Positions 58,881 through 64,000 of a DNA stretch of 64,000 nt are shown one piece after another. The DNA comes from Armatimonadota bacterium (GTDB lineage: Bacteria; Sysuimicrobiota; Sysuimicrobiia; Sysuimicrobiales; Sysuimicrobiaceae). Under the pieces are notes generated by a model. It was not told where the DNA came from and searched no databases. It saw only the letters and a list, made by a program, of their open reading frames with translations. The stretch covers positions 50,003 to 114,002 of the forward strand of contig JANXBY010000009.1 in NCBI GenBank assembly GCA_025060455.1, read 5' to 3'. The translations under genes and the position numbers were made by a program. The stretch's first letter is position 1. Each line of letters begins with the position of its first letter.

Positions 58881-59361
58881 CCAAACGGAGTTCGCCACCC
58901 TGCGACGGCGCCTGGCCCGCGCCGGCTACCGCCTCACCCCGCAGCGGTGGACCGTGTGGGTGGCCCTCCAAGAGCTGGGGGGACACCCTACCGCGGAGAG
59001 GCTGTACCAACAGGTCCGAGCAAGCCACCCCATGGTCAGCCGGGCCACCGTGTACAAAACCTTGGACCTGCTGGTCCGCGTGGGGCTGCTCACGGCCCTG
59101 CCCGCTGTGGACGGCGTCACCCGGTTCGACGCGGGGCCTCCCCACGTGAACCTGGAGTGCGTCCACTGCGGCCGGATCGAGGACGTGCAGGAGCCCCGGG
59201 TGCTGGCAGCGTTGAGCCGGCTGGCGGGCGGGCGTGGGTTCCGGGTGGACCGGGGCGTGCTGGTGAGGGGCACGTGCGCGCGGTGCGGGGGCCAGACCGC
59301 GGACGGGCGGCGTGCGGGGGCGGGCTCCGAATCCTACGAGGGGAGGAACGGACATGGGTGA
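58873..59361 (+). CDS. Fur-family transcriptional regulator (Fur/PerR/Zur type) with a C-terminal extension
   Basis: 'LTPQRWTVWVALQELGGHPTAERLYQQV...VSRATVYKTLDLLVRVGL' wHTH; 'CVHCGRIED' and 'CARCGG' Cys pairs (structural zinc site). Confidence 0.8.
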   Translation: MSLQTEFATLRRRLARAGYRLTPQRWTVWVALQELGGHPTAERLYQQVRASHPMVSRATVYKTLDLLVRVGLLTALPAVDGVTRFDAGPPHVNLECVHCGRIEDVQEPRVLAALSRLAGGRGFRVDRGVLVRGTCARCGGQTADGRRAGAGSESYEGRNGHG

Positions 59362-59851
59362 GAAGGGCCGGAGCATCGTGGACCTCAACGTGGACGAGCT
59401 CATCGGGGAGCTGCGGAAGGCCTACCTGGACGAACTGCTGGCCTTCTACTCGTACTGGATTACCGCGCAGGTGGCGGAGGGCTGGCACGGCGAGGAGCTG
59501 GTAGAGCACTTCGAAGAGGAGGCCAAGGACGAGCTGGGCCACGCGGGCAAGCTGGCCCGCCGCATCGTGGAGCTGGGCGGCGACCCGGTGGTGCACCCCA
59601 AGGACTGGGAGGCCGGCGCCAACGGGCCGTGGACCGCGCCGCGGCCGGACTGGTCGGACGCGGATGGCATGGTGGAGGACCAGATCCGCGCGGAGCGCAA
59701 CGCCATCGAGGCGTACAACCGCCTGGCGAAGCTCACCTTCGGCAAGGACCCCGTTACCTACCAGCTGGCCACCGAGCTGCTGGCGGACGAGGTCCGGCAC
59801 GAGGAGTTCCTGGAGAACCTGCTGGGCCGGCGCCGCAGGAAGGGCTCCTAG
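59354..59851 (+). CDS. Ferritin-like / Dps-family protein
   Basis: Four-helix-bundle di-iron motifs 'ELLAFYSYWITAQVAEGWHGEELVEHFEEEAKDELGHAGKLA' and 'EDQIRAERNAIEAYNRL...ELLADEVRHEEFLE'; 8-nt overlap with the fur stop. Confidence 0.75.
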   Translation: MGEKGRSIVDLNVDELIGELRKAYLDELLAFYSYWITAQVAEGWHGEELVEHFEEEAKDELGHAGKLARRIVELGGDPVVHPKDWEAGANGPWTAPRPDWSDADGMVEDQIRAERNAIEAYNRLAKLTFGKDPVTYQLATELLADEVRHEEFLENLLGRRRRKGS

Positions 59852-60004
59852 GCTCTGGCATGCGGCTTGCCCCGGGCTCCTGGCGGGCCCGGGGCAAGCC
59901 GGCAGGGGAGAGGGGCAGCCGGCGAGAACACGTTCTTCGGGCCTGACGGAGTTCGTACGGAGCAAGCCCGAGGAGGGCGGACTCACAGGAGCGCGGACAC
60001 AGCC

Positions 60005-61789
60005 ATGGCCCGACGAACCTCCCGTCGAGCAGCCAGGAGCCGGGCGGTCCTCTGCCTGATCGGGCTGTTCGTCTTAGCCGGGTTCCCCGCAGGTGCCCAG
60101 CCCGCCGCCCCGGCGGTGGTCGTGAACGGCCAGCCGCTCCAGCTGGACCCGCCGCCGGCCTTCCGCGGTGGTGTGCTGCTGGCTCCCCTCCAAGGCCTGT
60201 TGGAGCCCTACGCGGCCACCGGCGGCTGGGATCCCCTCACGCGCACCGCGCAGGTGGTCGGGCCTCGCGGCAGCCGGGTGGTGTTCCGGGCAGGCGACCG
60301 GGTGGCGGTGGTGGACGGCCAGACCCGGTTGTTGCCCGTACCTCCGGAGGTGGCGGCGGGCAAGCTGCTGGTACCGGTAGAGTTCCTGTTCCGCGCCCTG
60401 GGAGCGTGGGTGAAGTGGGAGGAGGTCAGTAGCACCCTGCACGTGGCCAGCCAGATCCTGCGGCTGGTGCTCGACCGGGCCCCAGGAGGGCTGCGGGTGC
60501 AGGTGGAGGCCACGGGTCCGGTGCAGGTGCGCACCGCCCAGCTGTCGCAGCCCGACCGCCTCGTGGTGGATCTGGTGAACGCCGCGTCCCGCATCGAGAC
60601 ACGCGAGGTGACCTTGGGCGAGTTCGGCGTGCGGCGCGTCCGGGTGGCGCAGTTTCAGGTCAAGCCGTACGTCACGCGGGTGGTGCTGGACCTGGACGCC
60701 CCTGTGGACGTGGAGGTGGCCCCTTCCGCCTCTGACGTGGTGCTGTGGCTGCGCCCCAGGCCTGGTGCGGTCGCTTCCGGCCCGTCTCCACCCGCTGCCA
60801 CGCCTATGCCCACCTCGTCCCCTGAGGCGGTCGCCACCCCGTCGCCGTCAGCATCCCCGCCGGCTCCGTCTCCCGCTCTCGCTCCCTCCTCGGTTTCCCC
60901 GGACGCGCCGAAGATCCTGGAGGTGACCGTGGAGCGGCAGGTCGGACGGCTGCGGGTGGTGGTGCAGGGTGACCGTCCCTTGCACTACCACGCCCGCGAG
61001 CTGCCTGACCCCGACCGGCTGGTGCTGGACATCCCGGGGGTGTTCGTCCCCGTGAAGCAGGAGCTGGCCGTGGGCGGCCCGGTGGAGGTGGTGCGCGCCG
61101 CGCAGTTCCAGACCGACCCCGACGTAGCGCGGGTGGTGGTGCAGTGGCAGATGCGCACGCGCTACGAGGTGGTGCTGGAGGACGGCGGCAGCCGCCTGGT
61201 GGTCGTGGTCGACGATGTTCCCAGCCAGCCGCCGCGGGGCGGCCACGTGGTGGCCATCGACCCCGGCCACGGAGGCAAGGACCCGGGGGCCATCGGCGCC
61301 ACAGGGCTCGTGGAGAAGGACGTGGTGCTGGATGTGGGGCTGCGGCTGCGGGACGCCCTGCGCCGGCAGGGCGTGCGCGCGGTAATGACCCGGGAGTCGG
61401 ACGTGTTCGTGGACCTGGCGGACCGCGTTCCCATCGCTCTGCGCGCGGGGGCCACGGTGTTCGTGAGCGTGCACGCCAACGCCACCACCCGAGGGGTCAT
61501 CCGGGGCGTGGAGACCTACTACCTCAAGCCCGACAGCGTGCTGCTGGCCACCCTGATCCAGGAAGAGCTGGGCCGCAGCGTGGGCATTCCGGACCGGGGG
61601 ATTCGCACGGCCAACTTCAAGGTCCTGCGGGACAGCCCCATCCCGGCGGTGCTGGTGGAGGTGGGATACCTGACCAATCTGGAAGACGAGGCGCTGTTGC
61701 GCACCCCGGCCTTCCGCCAGCGGGTCGCGGAGGCCATCGGCCGCGGCGTGGTACGCTTCATCAGCCAGGTCCCGGCACTGCAGCCGTAG
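60005..61789 (+). CDS. N-acetylmuramoyl-L-alanine amidase (Amidase_3) with N-terminal Cu-amine-oxidase-like domain and AMIN domains
   Basis: Signal peptide; C-terminal 'VVAIDPGHGGKDPGAIG...VSVHANA...GYLTNLEDE' Amidase_3; Pro/Ser/Ala-rich linker. Confidence 0.8.
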   Translation: MARRTSRRAARSRAVLCLIGLFVLAGFPAGAQPAAPAVVVNGQPLQLDPPPAFRGGVLLAPLQGLLEPYAATGGWDPLTRTAQVVGPRGSRVVFRAGDRVAVVDGQTRLLPVPPEVAAGKLLVPVEFLFRALGAWVKWEEVSSTLHVASQILRLVLDRAPGGLRVQVEATGPVQVRTAQLSQPDRLVVDLVNAASRIETREVTLGEFGVRRVRVAQFQVKPYVTRVVLDLDAPVDVEVAPSASDVVLWLRPRPGAVASGPSPPAATPMPTSSPEAVATPSPSASPPAPSPALAPSSVSPDAPKILEVTVERQVGRLRVVVQGDRPLHYHARELPDPDRLVLDIPGVFVPVKQELAVGGPVEVVRAAQFQTDPDVARVVVQWQMRTRYEVVLEDGGSRLVVVVDDVPSQPPRGGHVVAIDPGHGGKDPGAIGATGLVEKDVVLDVGLRLRDALRRQGVRAVMTRESDVFVDLADRVPIALRAGATVFVSVHANATTRGVIRGVETYYLKPDSVLLATLIQEELGRSVGIPDRGIRTANFKVLRDSPIPAVLVEVGYLTNLEDEALLRTPAFRQRVAEAIGRGVVRFISQVPALQP

Positions 61790-61833
61790 CCGCGGGCGGT
61801 GCAGGCCAGGCCCCTGGGCGGTCGGAGGTGGAC

Positions 61834-62583
61834 GTGCGGGTTCGGGTGTTGGGACGGTCGGGCGGGTACCCCAGGCCCGGGGAGGCGTGCTCCGGTTACC
61901 TGGTGGAGGCCGCTGGGAGGCGGTTGCTGGTGGACCTGGGGCACGGGGTCCTGTCCCGCCTGCTGCTCCACGTGGACCCCTACCGGCTGGACGTGGTCGT
62001 GCTGTCGCACCTGCACCCGGACCACGTGGCGGACGTGCCGGCCCTACGGGTGGCGCTCCGATGGGGTCGGAAGCCACCCTCGTGGCCGGGGAGGCTGCCC
62101 GTCCTGGCCCCTGTGGCCGCGCCGGAGTACTTCGCCCACGTGGTGGGCGAGCAGGCGCTGGACGAGCTGGACTTCTACGCCTTGTCCGAGTCAGAGCCCG
62201 TCGACCTGGACGGGGTTCAGCTCCGCTTCCGCAGGACCCGCCACCCCGTGGAGACCTACGCGGTACGTCTGGAAGCGCACGGGTCGGTGCTCGTCTACAC
62301 CGCGGACACCTCGCCCTCGGAGGGGGTGGCAGAGCTCAGCCGGGGCGCCGACGTCCTGCTGGCCGAGGCCACCCTGTCGGAGGCGTACGCCGACCGTGCG
62401 GAGGCCGCCGGCCACATGACGGGCTCCCAGGCGGGCAAGCTGGCCCGGGAGGCGGGGGTTCGCAGGCTGCTGCTCACTCACTTCTTCCCCACCAGCGACC
62501 CACAGGAACCCGTGGCGGCGGCACAGGCGGCGTTCGACGGGCCCGTGGAGGCGGTCCGGGAGGGAGAGGTCTACGAGGTCTGA
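61834..62583 (+). CDS. MBL-fold metallo-hydrolase
   Basis: '[13 protein letters not shown]' (HxHxDH) motif; 'LLAEAT'; C-terminal His. Confidence 0.7.
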   Translation: MRVRVLGRSGGYPRPGEACSGYLVEAAGRRLLVDLGHGVLSRLLLHVDPYRLDVVVLSHLHPDHVADVPALRVALRWGRKPPSWPGRLPVLAPVAAPEYFAHVVGEQALDELDFYALSESEPVDLDGVQLRFRRTRHPVETYAVRLEAHGSVLVYTADTSPSEGVAELSRGADVLLAEATLSEAYADRAEAAGHMTGSQAGKLAREAGVRRLLLTHFFPTSDPQEPVAAAQAAFDGPVEAVREGEVYEV

Positions 62584-62590
62584 GGAGGCG

Positions 62591-63313
62591 GTGGTGCGAC
62601 GCGCGGACGGACGGGCGCCGAACGAGCTGCGGCCTTGTCGGATCGTCCGGGGCTACCTGAAGTACGCAGAGGGATCCGCGCTTATCGAGCTCGGAGACAC
62701 CCGGGTCGTGTGTGCGGCCACCGTGGAGGAACGCGTACCCGCCTGGCTGCGGGGCTCAGGTCAGGGCTGGGTCACCGCCGAGTACGGGATGCTGCCGCGA
62801 TCCTCCCGGGAGCGGATTCCCCGGGACCCCACGGGCAAGCCCGGCGGGCGGGCCGCGGAGATCCAGCGGCTCATCGGACGGTCCCTGCGGGCCGCGGTGG
62901 ACCTGAAGAAGCTGGGGGAGCGCACCGTGTGGCTGGACTGCGACGTGTTGCAGGCGGACGGCGGGACCCGCACCGCCGCGGTGACCGGGGCGTTCGTGGC
63001 CCTGGTGGACGCGTTGAGCCTGCTGCATCGGACCCAGGCCATCTCCAGCTGGCCCGTGCGTAGCTTCGTGGCCGCCACCAGCGTGGGGATCGTGGGCGGA
63101 GTGCCCATGCTGGACCTAGCGTACGAAGAGGACGCGCGGGCGGAGGTGGACATGAACCTGGTCATGACCGACGCGGGCGAGCTGGTGGAAGTCCAGGGCA
63201 CCGCGGAGGGCCGGCCGTTTACGCGCGACGAGCTGCACCAGCTGTTAGCCCTGGCAGAGGCGGGGATCCGCCGGCTCATCGAACTACAGAAGCAGACCCT
63301 GCGGGGCCCGTGA
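62591..63313 (+). CDS. rph: Ribonuclease PH
   Basis: '[12 protein letters not shown]...[17 protein letters not shown]...[19 protein letters not shown]' canonical RNase PH. Confidence 0.9.
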   Translation: MVRRADGRAPNELRPCRIVRGYLKYAEGSALIELGDTRVVCAATVEERVPAWLRGSGQGWVTAEYGMLPRSSRERIPRDPTGKPGGRAAEIQRLIGRSLRAAVDLKKLGERTVWLDCDVLQADGGTRTAAVTGAFVALVDALSLLHRTQAISSWPVRSFVAATSVGIVGGVPMLDLAYEEDARAEVDMNLVMTDAGELVEVQGTAEGRPFTRDELHQLLALAEAGIRRLIELQKQTLRGP

Positions 63314-63921
63314 AGCGGATCGTCCTCGCCACCCGCAACGAGGCCAAGCGCGCGGAGCTGGAGCGCATGCTGGCGGGACTGCCCGTGCAGGTGCGTGGCC
63401 TCCGGGACTACCCCGACGTGCCTCCACTCCCGGAGGAGGGCCACACGTACGAGGCCAACGCGCGTTCGAAGGCGCTCACCGTGGCCCGGTACCTGAACGA
63501 GGTAGCCCTGGCGGACGACTCCGGGCTGGAGGTGGACTACCTGGAGGGCCGGCCGGGGGTGCAGTCGGCCCGGTTTCTCGGCGAAGACGCCACCGACGAG
63601 GACCGCAACCGGGAGGTCCTGCGGCTACTGGAGGGCGTGCCGCCCGAGAACCGGACCGCCCGCTACCGGGCCGTGGTGGCGGTGGCCTTTCCGGACGGGC
63701 AGGTGTACACCTTCGAGGGCACGTGCGAGGGGGCCATCGCCTTGGAGCCGCGCGGCACGGGGGGGTTCGGCTACGACCCCATCTTCTACGTGCCCGAGCT
63801 GGACCGCACCGTAGCCGAGCTCACCCCGCAGGAGAAGGACCTGATCAGCCATCGGGGGCAGGCCATGCGCAAGGCCCGGGAGTTCCTCCTCCGCGTGCTG
63901 GGAGAGAGGCGCGGCGCTTGA
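63310..63921 (+). CDS. rdgB: dITP/XTP pyrophosphatase (Ham1/RdgB)
   Basis: '[14 protein letters not shown]', 'EDDSGLEVD', 'GGFGYDPIF' Ham1 motifs; 4-nt overlap with rph. Confidence 0.85.
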   Translation: MKRIVLATRNEAKRAELERMLAGLPVQVRGLRDYPDVPPLPEEGHTYEANARSKALTVARYLNEVALADDSGLEVDYLEGRPGVQSARFLGEDATDEDRNREVLRLLEGVPPENRTARYRAVVAVAFPDGQVYTFEGTCEGAIALEPRGTGGFGYDPIFYVPELDRTVAELTPQEKDLISHRGQAMRKAREFLLRVLGERRGA

Positions 63922-64000
63922 AGCCGCTGGTACACTGACACCAGGACGGTCGGGAGGGCGACGTGTCGAACGTGTTCTTCAACAACCCCTTCTGGACGTA

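Noticed and set aside
63963-64000. Start of another gene at the window end (VSNVFFNNPFWT...)
   Set aside because: Only 12 codons are visible; it cannot be assigned or supported.

Overview
This is a 64 kb window of a very high-GC (about 70%) bacterial chromosome. Several features point to a Firmicutes-like, possibly thermophilic lineage: a perfect CIRCE operator in front of groESL, tsaE-tsaB-rimI-tsaD gene order, and smpB next to ssrA. Any genus-level guess such as Thermaerobacter or Symbiobacterium is inference only.

Gene density is high and genes run mostly on the + strand with many 4-nt start/stop overlaps. Because of the GC content the six-frame track contains many long spurious antisense ORFs. 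Coding frames were therefore chosen by recognisable protein-family motifs, RBS context and operon logic.

Content in order:
- PilB/GspE-type secretion ATPase with an unusual N-terminal extension, a zinc-ADH, NagA, a decayed UDP-glucose dehydrogenase paralog, and a stand-alone ATP-dependent DNA ligase.
- NfeD protease, the tsaE-tsaB-rimI-tsaD cluster, and an ArsR/SmtB-regulated P1B-type heavy-metal ATPase whose TM6 motif is CSC instead of CPC.
- groESL with CIRCE, promoter and terminator.
- Two hypothetical membrane/secreted proteins next to a solitary tRNA-Ile(GAT).
- A Gfo/Idh/MocA oxidoreductase, an M20 peptidase, an SDR, a PhoR/PhoB-like two-component pair followed by an HD-GYP gene fragment, and PEP carboxykinase.
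- An 880-bp non-coding stretch holding what looks like an ISL3-type transposase relic.
- A small Pro/Ser-tailed protein with moeA-cupin-moaC, an acyl-CoA thioesterase, and smpB with tmRNA.
- A TAXI-type TRAP transporter, GntR regulator, a 3-hydroxyisobutyrate-DH-like enzyme, and 2-oxoacid dehydrogenase E1α/E1β/E2 with an M24 hydrolase inserted between E1β and E2.
- A roughly 12-kb catabolic island of amidohydrolases, cupins, an MhpD-like hydratase, ALDH, M24 peptidase, a CMD fragment, an ACMSD-like decarboxylase, a DPH-like α/β-hydrolase and an orphan molybdenum-hydroxylase large subunit.
- lutABC, a prpD-prpB-prpC methylcitrate module, a divergent Fur-box region with a Fur-family regulator and ferritin-like protein, a cell-wall amidase, an MBL hydrolase, RNase PH and RdgB.

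No CRISPR array, rRNA gene or intact mobile element was seen.
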